Source: Marsupella aquatica (Eukaryota; Plantae; Marchantiophyta). From it: a DNA stretch of 64,000 nucleotides. Made by a program: the position numbers and the translations under genes. Shown here in pieces: positions 1-10,985 of this stretch. The stretch lies in the NCBI GenBank assembly GCA_973895155.1, contig OZ316894.1, positions 14,025,580 to 14,089,579 of the forward strand, read 5' to 3'. How positions within the stretch are numbered: position 1 is the stretch's first letter; every line of letters starts with the position of its first letter. Below the pieces are notes generated by a model. It worked only from the letters and a program-made list of their open reading frames with translations, searched no databases and had not been told where the DNA came from.

Positions 1-10
1 TTTGCTTCAC

Positions 11-943
11 CTGTCGATGTGACCATGCATGATAGTTCTTAGCATCATCTTTCAGAACCACTTCTGTGAAGAGTAATTCATCCGATACCGCTATAAAACC
101 TCGCCTCTGTGCAACCCATCGCCTGTGCTGCCTACAGCATACACATGGTCTGTAAGCTTCACATCCTTTGAAGGATAGATTTTTGGCCTTACAAGCCCCA
201 CGTTGAGCATATATGGTGAACGGTCAAATGAAGGCATTCAAATTATTGAAACTACAGCATAAAACCAAGATCAACAGCACATCAAGCTCATGTCTGGTGC
301 ACCAAAGCCAGCAAAAAGTCAAGGCCACATGACACAGCGCGCTATACCAGAACTGATAGTTTTTGTAGTTTAAATCAGCAATCTTTTTCAAAAATGCCAA
401 CTCCTCCTCTACGTCCACGTCGAGTGCCTCAAGAATAAGTCTCCTGAAATGCCAGACCTAGACAAATTGCACAACTTTAAAATGTTATCATTTTCAGACC
501 ACTATTACGTCTATGAAAAGACGAGAATCCACCCTCAACGCTACAAGTAGAAAGAAAAGTAAGCTGACTTGGGGAAAACATATTGGTGAAAATTGGAATT
601 GAACAAAGAACGCACAACAGAGTTCGCCATGACGATGCTTGTTACAAAATACAAACAAGCTCCAGAGCAAGCACACATTCATATGCAAATTCGCAAGCAC
701 GCACTTCGAGGACAGTACCGTGTAATTTGCAGAATTGAGGCCGATGACTTCGGATGTAAGGTCCAAGGCACGAGGACTACGCTCATCCACTGCGAGTACC
801 GCTCGAAAGTAATCCATGGAATCTCGAAACTGCTTTGTATAAGAGATGGGCACGACTGGATGCGGCCCATCATCTTGTGGAAGGGGCATAACATCGCTCC
901 ACTCGGGCCTTTCGCTGAAGGCCAACCATTCGCCTTTCACCAT
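11..943 (-). CDS. FTA: Protein farnesyltransferase/geranylgeranyltransferase type-I alpha subunit, 5' part (exons 943-719, 457-348, 131-11; continues off the left edge)
   Basis: The spliced translation [35 protein letters not shown]...NSANYT|[13 protein letters not shown]...NYKNYQFW|QHRRWVAQ...[12 protein letters not shown] shows the FTase-alpha N-terminus and PPTA repeats (NYxxWxHR). All junctions are GT-AG and keep frame. Confidence 0.95.
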
Positions 944-1079
944 TTTCGCTAGAAACTAAAACAATCAATCAATTCTCTCAACTCAACCATGCCCTAATCA
1001 CGTGGACGTCGTAGATGATAAGCTCGACAAAATCACGGATGAAGCACACTAAAATTTCAACTGACCATACTTCCTGTCT

Positions 1080-1617
1080 CTACGAAATGTCAGATCGCCG
1101 AGAACGAGGCGCTGCAAATTTCCAGGCATCAGCATCTAGCAATTTCTCCTCTTTGCGCAGAGCGGCAATCACATCTTCCATCAATGCTGCAAGAGTTATG
1201 CCACAAGGGATGAGCAAAATTTTCATAAGCAAGCTCTAAAAATGCAATTTCTTTATGAAAAGAGTAGGGATAAGAGACTTTCACTGGTGCAAAACATCGA
1301 ATGATTGGCCCAGCGACGACGAGAAGAGAAAAAGCCATGACACAAGGACTTCGAAACGAGTGTCGCGAGAACGACGCCCTTCCCACAAATTCCCGCCAAT
1401 ATCTCTACCGGTAAGATCTATGGACACGTTACATACCTTGTTCCGTTTCGGCCTTTTTGTCAGCACAGAAAGTCAACTCGTCTGCCAACTGCGGGAAATG
1501 AGAGTCGTCAAAGACTTGCGATGAAGGAGAAACTTGCTGCCCACCCTGGCTGGCGACACTGCTCGAGGACACTGCGCCAGATGCTCTTGGTGGCGCCCAT
1601 GGGCCCGAGGATTGCAT
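1080..1617 (-). CDS. SAMBA: SAMBA-like plant APC/C regulator (exons 1617-1437, 1186-1080)
   Basis: The spliced protein MQSSGPWAPP...VFDDSHFPQLADELTFCADKKAETEQ|ALMEDVIAALRKEEKLLDADAWKFAAPRSRRSDIS* matches the remembered SAMBA pattern DDFHFP...RKDEA...DLMAxLxKEVKSLDEDxWMFEGPRSR. It has a phase-1 GTATGT...TTGCAG intron. Confidence 0.8.
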
Positions 1618-3649
1618 GGTTCACGTTCCGCCTTCCGCTTTCGCTACTTTCCTCGGGGTTTATGTTACCATACGTATCCTTCTTACTGGGGCTCCAACCA
1701 CGGCGAGAGCATACTTCGTGCACAAAAACGAGGATTGTCGGCGCAAAGCCCCACCGAGGCATGACAGCAGAACTCATCGATCGTCTTAGTCACGCCGTTC
1801 ATTTCAACCCTCTTTGATCGACCCGGTATTAGTACAAAATCATTGCTAAAACCCTTGCCTAACTTACTAAATCCGTATTAGCCAGGATTATTCGTGAAGA
1901 TCAACAGGTTTCATCCTCGCCTCTGTATAGGCACTAACATGCTTTCCTTCATATCCAGGAGGTACAGCAAAATCTAAAGTGAGAATAACACAGGTAGCCC
2001 ATGTTTCATCCCTCAATTGTATATCTTTACTAGAGTGGTATAATTGCCTTCCATAGCAAAGAAAAACTAAACAATGAGAACACAAAAGGTTACTCTATGC
2101 TCTACTGGCAAATATCAAGAAAACCTACTACAACAGTAATCACACCAATTTGCATGAAACAAGCTTCATTTTGAACCATACTTCATTGCATGGTGCACCA
2201 TCCTCCATCACGTACCTTATTTAAGATAATGTTTGATGGCTTCCAATAATCCACTAGACAATCTTGAATTGGGCCTTAGTGTCAATACCTATCACCTATG
2301 TCTTTGCAAATTGCAGCCCAATCACCTTTCTCCCTACAGTTGAACTATGCAATGCTCACAGAACCAACAAAACCCCACCTCTATCTTCCAAGAGGTTGGA
2401 GAACTTTCTCCACTTCAAAACAATAGACTACAACAACAAAACAACCTAACTCTCCACAAGGACTCCCTCCCTATGAGAGTGCAACTTTTACTAATATGCT
2501 TCAAATAGGGTAGTTAAGAAAAACCTGCAAGCAAGCCCCTACTAAAAGCTCACAACTAGAGGCACCAAGGCTTCATAAGGAACCGTCAATATGATGCCAA
2601 GGTGTACTGCCCGGACCAGGGAGAACCTGAAGTCACACCACAAATTCTAGTTGATCTTATATTCCGACAACAAACCAATAGGTCACTGAGAAAACCCTAT
2701 TGGGTACCCCATAAGTTCTGTTATTGTTATACTGCTATTCTTACCATCAATTGGTTTGTAGAATGGAACTAGGGGCTGAGCCCATAGGTCCCAACTACAA
2801 CACGATCTCAAGCATAAGACTTTAGCAGCTCCCCTAGTCAAAAATCACTTCCCAGCTCTAGAAATTAGAGTGTCACTCCCAAGGGTAACTCTGGCCAATA
2901 GAACACCAAAGATGAATAGCAAAACACACCACAGAAAGCATATCAAACATCCAGGAAATCAACCGGCTTGAGCACAAGGTAACATCCAGGTACTCGATCC
3001 CTCTAAAGCTCAGTTCTCATGCCAACTACAAATTAAATTGAATTCATAGCAAAGAATGATGTAAGAAGAAGATACTTTATGTAACATCATAAATTTCCTG
3101 GTACAAATGGAACCTTTGTCCAAGGTCTTCTCCTCACTTCTCTACAACTATCCAACTCTAGGATCATATGCTTGTTGATCTTAGTTTCCACTCCATGCGG
3201 GTAAAGTTTTTGCTAAGCAACAAGGCATCTGTCCCTAACCACAAGAAACTACAATCCTTAAATACTTTTCAGCCACTCCAATCCATTCCAATCCAAACCT
3301 CACCATGGGCTGAGTGCTTCCCTCTCAATGTAGCTCCTAATCAAGCCTCTCACCTCCATTCAAACTTTGGTCCAGTAATTCAAATCAATTGTCCACTACA
3401 ATCTAGTTGATGATTGCTCTTGGTCTACTACTGTACATCAATTGCAAAAATTTCATCCCCCCCATCCTCCAAGGATCAACAGTAGCTCACCTTCTTTCAC
3501 AATCAATCAACATAATTCACCTTGAAGGTTTTCTTCACACAAGAGAAGTCTTCCTCCACCATAACACTCTCCACGTGTTTCAAGAACTTCAAACAAACTC
3601 GTAGCAATTTGCGTAGAAAAATCACTAATAGACCCCCTCCCAACATCTA

Positions 3650-4350
3650 ATTTTTCTCTCATCAATTGGACCTTGGTTGGTGCTCATACTTTGCCAGAAT
3701 GTGCGCCTACTTTCCTTATACCTTCATGCCAAATTTCAGCCAATTTGGTCAAGCAAATGTTACTCTAGAAAATATTTACCGATGTTGATTTTCTCTATTT
3801 ATCATTTCTACGATTTTCAGTTTCGGCGACTTGCGATTGGAACCCCTAACTTCATGTCGATCTTCCTTCCAAAATACCACCTTCTTCCTCATGTGCTTCA
3901 CAATTCCAACTAATCACAATCAACATCTTTCCACCAATCAATGGATCATAGCCACATTCATGTGATTGAATGTGTGGAATAAGACTTGCAACAAAAGATA
4001 AAAAGTTACATACCCCCCTTTATCATCTTATTTTTCTCTCACCAACCAAACTTTAGTTGGTGCTTATACTTTGCCAAAAGGTGCGCCTACTTCCCCCCTA
4101 ACTCCACAAAAAATTTCAGCCAAAACGATCAAGCGAATGTGGCACTAGAAAATATTTGGTGTTGCTGAGTTTTCCTACCATTCATTTTTCATGAATTTCA
4201 ACTTTGACAACTTGTAATTTGACGTTATCTCTCCAATTTGACTTATTTTTCCAGGCCACGATTGCTTCACTTTGTTTCGTGCAACTGATGACCACCTAAT
4301 CCACTATATTTCATCAATCAATTGTTGATGGAGTTTTCATTCCTACCTAA
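3650..4350. repeat. Degenerate direct duplication of about 350-380 bp, in probable old TE sequence
   Basis: The block TTTTTCTCTCA..GTTGGTGCT(C/T)ATACTTTGCCA.AA.GTGCGCCTACTT...AAATTTCAGCCAA...CTAGAAAATATTT occurs at about 3650 and again at about 4030. Confidence 0.7.
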
Positions 4351-7300
4351 TTCTCGGGGGGTTGACTATCAACAATCTTAGGAACCACATGTGATCCAAA
4401 ATATGTATTTTTCATATAAATTAGCTAAATTTTTAAAAAGCGTAAGAAGCAAAAGAAGATATTATAAACCTATATTTATAGAATATTCTCTAATATATAC
4501 CTTTTATAAAGTAAAATAGGTCATTAGTATTGAAAATAGAGAATATTTTTAGAATATTCCCATTATAAAATAGGTGTGTTTATATTAGGCTAGGATCGCA
4601 CGTGGTACCCCAAAATATACACTAAGTTAACCCCCCGAGACCTAATTCCATGCCTCAATCAGGTTGATCACCGACTAGGGCCTAAAGCTTTGAGTTTTCT
4701 GGTGAAAAATGTTGAAAAGTAGTCTTGGCTGTCTAAAGTCATCAGGATGTTGACGTCCCTAGTTGGGGCCGTCCAAGCCATCCAGTCGGGAATTGACGTC
4801 CAAGTTGTCAAAACTCTCAAAGTGTCTCCCAAAACTATTTTTAACTCTTTGAAAGTGCTGAAATTTTTCCAGCTCCTTCTACTACATATAATCTCCACTC
4901 TGGCAAATTTTCAGACTTTTTTGACTAATCCAAGTCTACCAATAAAATACTGGAAAATGTCAATTTAGTCTAAAGTTGCAAAAACAAAAAACTATTCTAA
5001 GTGTCAAAGAGCCAAAGTGTTAAAATGCAAAATAAAAATGACCTAACTTCCTAACGACATGTCCGTTTTTCCTGACATTTTTTTGGGTAGATTTCTCTAT
5101 CTAAAATCTATCTACTCACCAAAAATTCAGAGTTTTTCATGACCTACAAAGATTTGATTAAAATATCACAAAAGGCTACTCTACCTTAAAACTATCACTA
5201 TTAACTTCTCACTCAATCTTCTATGTTCAAAGTTGACCAAGGCTAACTACACTGAAATTACACACAAAGAGGTAACTATAAGTCTTAATAAGCTCAAAAA
5301 GTAACTAGCAGCCCTGTGTGACACATTTAAGGGGGCGCACAATAAGAGAGTAGACGTGAACAATGAGGAACATAATGTTCTCCCTCCAACCTATACCCCC
5401 TAGGGGGTCTGAGATGTGTGGAATCTAAGCGCATCTTATCTAAATATATATAACCAAGGGTTAACTAACCCTAGTAAGGTCAAACTAACTATATTTGTCT
5501 TCACCTTGACTCAGTTCACACAATGAGTTAGGGTATACACAATATGTAGCTAAGTGACATATTTACATAGTCTTTGATTTGGCCATAACATTAATCAAAT
5601 TCACACAATGTGTAAAGCTACCAGTACTAGGTAAAACTTTGGTAAACATGTTTGTTGCATTGTCCTCTGAAGCCACCTTCTCCAAAAACATTAAGGTATA
5701 ATATCCAGAATAAGTGTCTGGATGGCATCCAAAAAATAATAATGTCGAGCACTACTCAAAACTCAAAACTAGAAGCGATCATAGTTTACAAAACTCATGG
5801 AGAAAACATTTTCATTTACTCAAAACTTGAACATTTTGTCTACATGCTTTCCAATCCTAGTACAATAGAAAATTGTAGTCAACCTCATCCTAATCGAGGA
5901 ATCCTCACTAAAAGTATCCCTTCAAAACCCTAACCTAACCCAAAAACAAAACGCCAAAAGTTTGCCTCCTTTGATTCAAAATTACTTAGCAAAGCTCAGA
6001 TTGCATCCGTGAACTGAGTAGTGTTGGGCGCTACCCAAGAGTATGACCACAATGATATCCTAGGATCTCGGATCAAACAAAGATCCACATTCATCGTTGA
6101 GCCCTATCTTCTTGTGTTTCGCATTCTGTTGAAAGCCAAATGTTTGAGTTACATCATATCGCGCACTTGGAAGCCTTTGCAAGGATGCGACAAGGACTCT
6201 GGCACGTTTGTATCATGAAAATCTACACATTCGAGGAACTCAGCAGACCACATTTCAACCTCCCAGTAGATATTCTTTGAAGGATCTTTGGGAGTTGGAT
6301 AATGAACTGAGAATCGATCCTGACATGGCCTCGGCAGAGAATCAGGACGCCATGGAATGTTTTGGTCACCCGGGCTCATCCCCTCGTCCGCGGCCAAGAA
6401 AAGACAATTTAGAATATTAGACGTCTCGGTCACATGACTCTCGGTGACCACAATCGATGTCGATGATGCATAGGAAATTGTCTGCTTGACCATCACTAGA
6501 ACTTCTCTTTGGGCCACTCAACATTGTTGACATTGATCGACACCATGACACTCCATATCTTTTCACTGTGTTTGACTTCAATTGAACCACTCAACGCATA
6601 CGCGCACAACACAACCTTCAAGCGTAGGGTGGACTCTCCAAAACTCCACCAAAATGGAACAATTAGAATAAAACTCCTCTCGAAATCTCACTTGTATGTA
6701 TGCCTCATTCAAAGGATCATCACCGTTGGGTTTGAACAGTCGAACAACCACGCTTCACCTCACGGATGCAAACGGTCTAACGGGGACTCAAAGACCCGAC
6801 GGGTGCTAACGGTCACTTAATGGTAGTATTGGATGCTCTGCAAGGACAACAGGACCAGGTCAACCGCTATCAACATAACTGACAAAACTCCAATGGTAAC
6901 AACCATGCTCTCAGGACAAAACATTGGCTCACGCCCGACGCTATCAAAAACGTCAAAACAATCCATGAAATGTCATATTCCTTGAATGAAAAACTCCAAA
7001 ATACAAGTTATTTGGATAACGCCTGGCACTATCCAAAATATTGTCACCCAACAGAGGTCCCAAAAAGCAAAGAACCATTTAATCCACGTCTTGAAACGTC
7101 TTAGACACATTCATATTTGGCTAACACCTGGCGCTATTCAAATATCCAACATTCAAGAGAACTTCAAACTCACTTTTGAACCAAATAAACCGAAAAGATG
7201 GTTCTTTATTTATGTGTGGATTCTCAAAATTGCCACACAATGGAAATGAGAAGCAAATGGGGATTCTGATAACTGATCTATTCGGATGACTCTGTCTCAA

Positions 7301-8514
7301 CTCTTGGATCTATCGGTAGACTCCGCCTCGTTGTCCACAATTCACTTCAGCAAATGTCATCCACAAACTCGTTCACCAAAAACTTCCTATCAGAACCTCT
7401 CTTGAGTCATAGGCCTTTTGTTTCCCAAGACAATGTTCGACACCTCTATACTTTTCTGGCAGCTTTTTTAGCATAGGATGGTAGAATAAATGGTTGTTTG
7501 GGTGTCATCTCCATAGCTGTAGCAATTGTTTTCCAAAGGTCAAACCTTCTCCACATATTCCACTCCAACCTTAAAGTTTTCATAGATATTAAAAAAAATG
7601 CTAAAATAAAAATATCTTATTGAAAACAGCCATGGATTTGGAGTGAGCTTACGAGCATTACTCAGAAGACTCCTCATCCTCGGATTCAGATTCTGATCCC
7701 AAAGAATTTATTTTTTCTTCCTAGTTGTCTCCAAGATTGACGATTGAAACAACTTCCTTATCAGATGCCCCAACAACATCCAGCTCGCTTCCTTTAGAAT
7801 CAAAGTTTTAAATGGATCTAACTCTGTCCAATTTCTTTTTCCCTTTCCTTGACACTGTCTTCTCCAGAGTCAAAGCTGACTTTGGCTCCAGAAGGTCAAC
7901 TAGCGTACTTCTTGCAGCAGCGACAAACTCTCACCGCCCTTTGACCCCAATAACAAATCTACCACAATAGTCTCCAGCTACAAATGAACTTCCCGAACAA
8001 GTGGTCCAATCAATGACAATATCCCCTCGACAAGAGATGAGCTCTATAATAGACCACAAGGTCTGGCATTGGATCCGTTTTTAAAGACATAAGTCCTATC
8101 AAATTTGTAACCAAAGGATCTTTGCAGGGTGACAATGGACAAAGCTTGGGATCTTTTGGGATTGAAGTTTTGCTCAACACCTGACCAAATATATCCAACC
8201 GCGGCGTGAAGATCTACAAATAAAACAATAGTGAGGTCGTGGAAAACAATCTAAAGATACATATGGATAAATAATATTAGCGCTTGGTGCAGGCCAAAAT
8301 GGACATCAATTCTTACTTGAATATAAGACTTAGGTTTGTACATAGCAAAGCCCATGACCACTGTATGCAAAGCAATACAGTCAAAATTTTAACTTCAGAA
8401 CTGGCAAATTCCATTTGGGCACTTTTTTGTCCAAAAGAGATGGCCTCAATCTAGTTTGCAAATATAGAAAGCTGGCATCAACACCAAATGCCCCTCACTT
8501 TACCCCCTCTAATT

Positions 8515-8953
8515 TGTTGGATATTTACTCTTATGTCTAGGTTAGGTATGACATGGTTGGTACAACAACGTGGGTTGGTACAACAACATGGTTTGGTACA
8601 ACTACATGGTTAGGTACAACTACATGATTAGGTACAACAATGTGGTTAGGTACAACTACGTGATTAGGTACAACAATGTGGTTAGGTTAACTAAGTTGCA
8701 CACTATATCATAAGAGGCACGTGTGCTTGGAGATGTAGAACCAAGGCTCATTATTATGGAGCCACTTGAGAGATAGGGAGAGCTTACACTGTGGAGACTC
8801 GATATAGCCGACGGGCTTAGAGTTCAGTAAAGCTCTCTTGTGTGTTCTCGTGGACGTAGCCTGAAGGAGGTGAACCACGTATCTCTTGTGTCGACTACTT
8901 GCATGTTGGATATGTTATGTGCTTATCGTTGCGATTATCGTCTATACTCAATA
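8515..8953 (+). repeat. 5' LTR of the copia element
   Basis: TGTTGG...CTCAATA. About 15 differences (hand count) from the 3' LTR. Contains 7 copies of an 18-bp GGTACAAC-containing unit (about 8559-8684). Confidence 0.95.
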
Positions 8954-8955
8954 AT

Positions 8956-8967
8956 TGGTATCAGAGC
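8956..8967 (+). promoter_or_regulatory. Primer binding site complementary to initiator tRNA-Met
   Basis: TGGTATCAGAGC lies 2 bp after the 5' LTR. Confidence 0.95.
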
Positions 8968-9702
8968 ATGCCTGGGAGGTGACGTGTGTTCGTGACGGGA
9001 TTTCGTGACGGTTTTTTCCAGCGTTGAGTGTTGGTGGATTTCCCGGAGTTCCGTCGCATGAAACTTGGAGTTTATGGGCTCAACGGATAGATCAGGGCAA
9101 GGGCTTTCTAACGGTGTGAAGAAATCGCTGAACGAAGCTCGTGGTGCGGAGAGATCTAAGTTTTTATCGTTCTGGATTTTGTTAAGAAAGTCGGCAACAT
9201 TCGTGTTCGACGGTTTTTCGGAGGAGGGACCAGAGTTTGTTTTCTCGACGGTGTGAGCTCTACAGTGAAGAAAGCGTTGCATGTTATAGCTCCATTTGTA
9301 GATCGGGACGAGCTGATCATTTCGGTAGCTGGTTTGTTGCCGAGTGTGTAACGAGTACGTCACAACGAGCAAAAGAAGCGTTCTGACTTTTTAACCGGCT
9401 ATGGAGTCTTCTTTTGCCTGAGCGGGGTTTCTTGTTGTTGCAATCGACTCGGAGGGAGAAGCGTCAAGTGTTTTGACTCAACGGAGAGATTGAGGCAAGA
9501 CAATTGTTTTGAGTCCGGGATTGGCTCTTGATGCGAAGAGGAAGGCTAAGAAAAATCATTTACCTTGTTGGACTTGGTGACGGCACCGAGTGCAATTCAT
9601 CAACATTCGTTGTTGACAAGCATTGGAAAACTAGGCTCGTGGGCTACGTGGCAATGATAACCTTTGAGTTTTTTGAGAAGTTAAGAAAAACATCATTTTT
9701 TC

Positions 9703-10692
9703 TTGATTTCTCACATGAGTGACTTGGAGGAGGGTTCTATTGAGTCACCGGAGAGAACAGAGGAGGAAGCAGAAGATCTAGCGGAATTGTGGTCACCGGT
9801 ATTGCGGCGAGTGACAAGAAAAAGGATGGGGATAATCAAGCTTGGAGGTCCCAAGTTTGAGGTTACAAAATACGATGGCCGCATGGACTACTTGTTGTGG
9901 GAGCGACAAGTGAAGGGGGTACTCCGGGCGACCGGGCTTGGGAAATTGCTGAAGGACCAGCCAAATGATGTCGACAATGATGATTGGCAGGACATGCAGG
10001 AGCAAGCTGTGAGCACCGTGATGCTCTATCTTCAACCTAATGTCATCAAGCAATTGGCAGACCATGTCAATTGTGCATCATTGTTTGCCGCGTTGGAGCA
10101 AAAGTACCATCAAAAGGAGCTATCGAATCGGCTCTACACATCTTTGAAGCTTATGAGCTTCAAGATGAAGCAGGGAAGTGCAAAGATTCAGGATCATATC
10201 GATGGTTTCAACGACCTGGTCGTTGATTTGCAAAATCTGGGGGAGGATTTGAGTGATGAGCGGCAGGCTCTTCACTTGCTTAGCTCTTTATCCTTGTCGT
10301 ATCAGTCATTGTCACGAGTGCTGCTTCATCGTGATAGGAAGACTATCACTTACAATGAAGTTGTAAGTGCTCTGTTGACTGATGACTTGCAGCAGAAATT
10401 GACCATGCCCTCTCAGCCATCATCGTCGTCTGGTGCTGCCTTGAATGTGAATCGTGGGAGGTCACAGAAGCATCCAGAGCACCACACGAATGGCAGGGGA
10501 AGAAGTAAATCTATGACAAGATTTGCTTCAAGGGGGAAGTCCCAAGAGAGGAAGTCGGTGGTATGCTGGAAGTGTGGCAAGACTGGCCACATTAAGAGGG
10601 ATTGTAAGGGTAAGGCAGCTGAATCTCCATCAGCCAATGTGGCTAGTGTTGATGGAGAAGTTGATTTACTCAACGATGAGTATGTTTTATGA
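9703..10692 (+). CDS. Copia gag ORF
   Basis: KFEVTKYDGRMDYLLW start motif, Retrotran_gag_2-like core, and a CCHC zinc knuckle CWKCGKTGHIKRDC. The exact start codon is uncertain. Confidence 0.92.
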   Translation: MISHMSDLEEGSIESPERTEEEAEDLAELWSPVLRRVTRKRMGIIKLGGPKFEVTKYDGRMDYLLWERQVKGVLRATGLGKLLKDQPNDVDNDDWQDMQEQAVSTVMLYLQPNVIKQLADHVNCASLFAALEQKYHQKELSNRLYTSLKLMSFKMKQGSAKIQDHIDGFNDLVVDLQNLGEDLSDERQALHLLSSLSLSYQSLSRVLLHRDRKTITYNEVVSALLTDDLQQKLTMPSQPSSSSGAALNVNRGRSQKHPEHHTNGRGRSKSMTRFASRGKSQERKSVVCWKCGKTGHIKRDCKGKAAESPSANVASVDGEVDLLNDEYVL

Positions 10693-10985
10693 AGTCAGGA
10701 GTATGCCCTGTGCACATCATCTAGGAGAGCAAATGATGTGTGGATTTTTGATTGTGCTTGCTCCTTTCACATTTGTTACATTCGCGAGTATTTCAATTCT
10801 TATTCTGTGTCAAACGGTTCAGTTTTGATGGGAAATGATCACTCTTGTCAAGTTGAGGGTATTGGGTCTGTAAAGATTTAAATGTTTGATGGCATTGTGC
10901 GCACAGTGTCCGGAGTCAGGTTCGTACCTGGCATGCGTAAGAATTTGATTTCACTCGGTGTGTTGGATACAAATGGTCATCAATG
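10693..10985 (+). pseudogene. Copia aspartic protease region, 5' of the CACTA insertion
   Basis: In frame after the gag TGA: WIFDCACSFHIC...MGNDHSCQVEGIGSVKI*MFDGIVRTVSGVRFVPGMRKNLISLGVLD. Contains an internal TAA. Confidence 0.9.

Noticed and set aside
593-952. Plus-strand ORFs antisense to FTA, and similar antisense ORFs over PLD, gag and the transposases
   Set aside because: They are shadow ORFs of real coding sequence on the opposite strand.
1900-6000. AT-rich region possibly representing an LTR or other TE
   Set aside because: No termini, TSD, PBS or protein motif could be identified. Only the local duplication at about 3650-4350 is reported.
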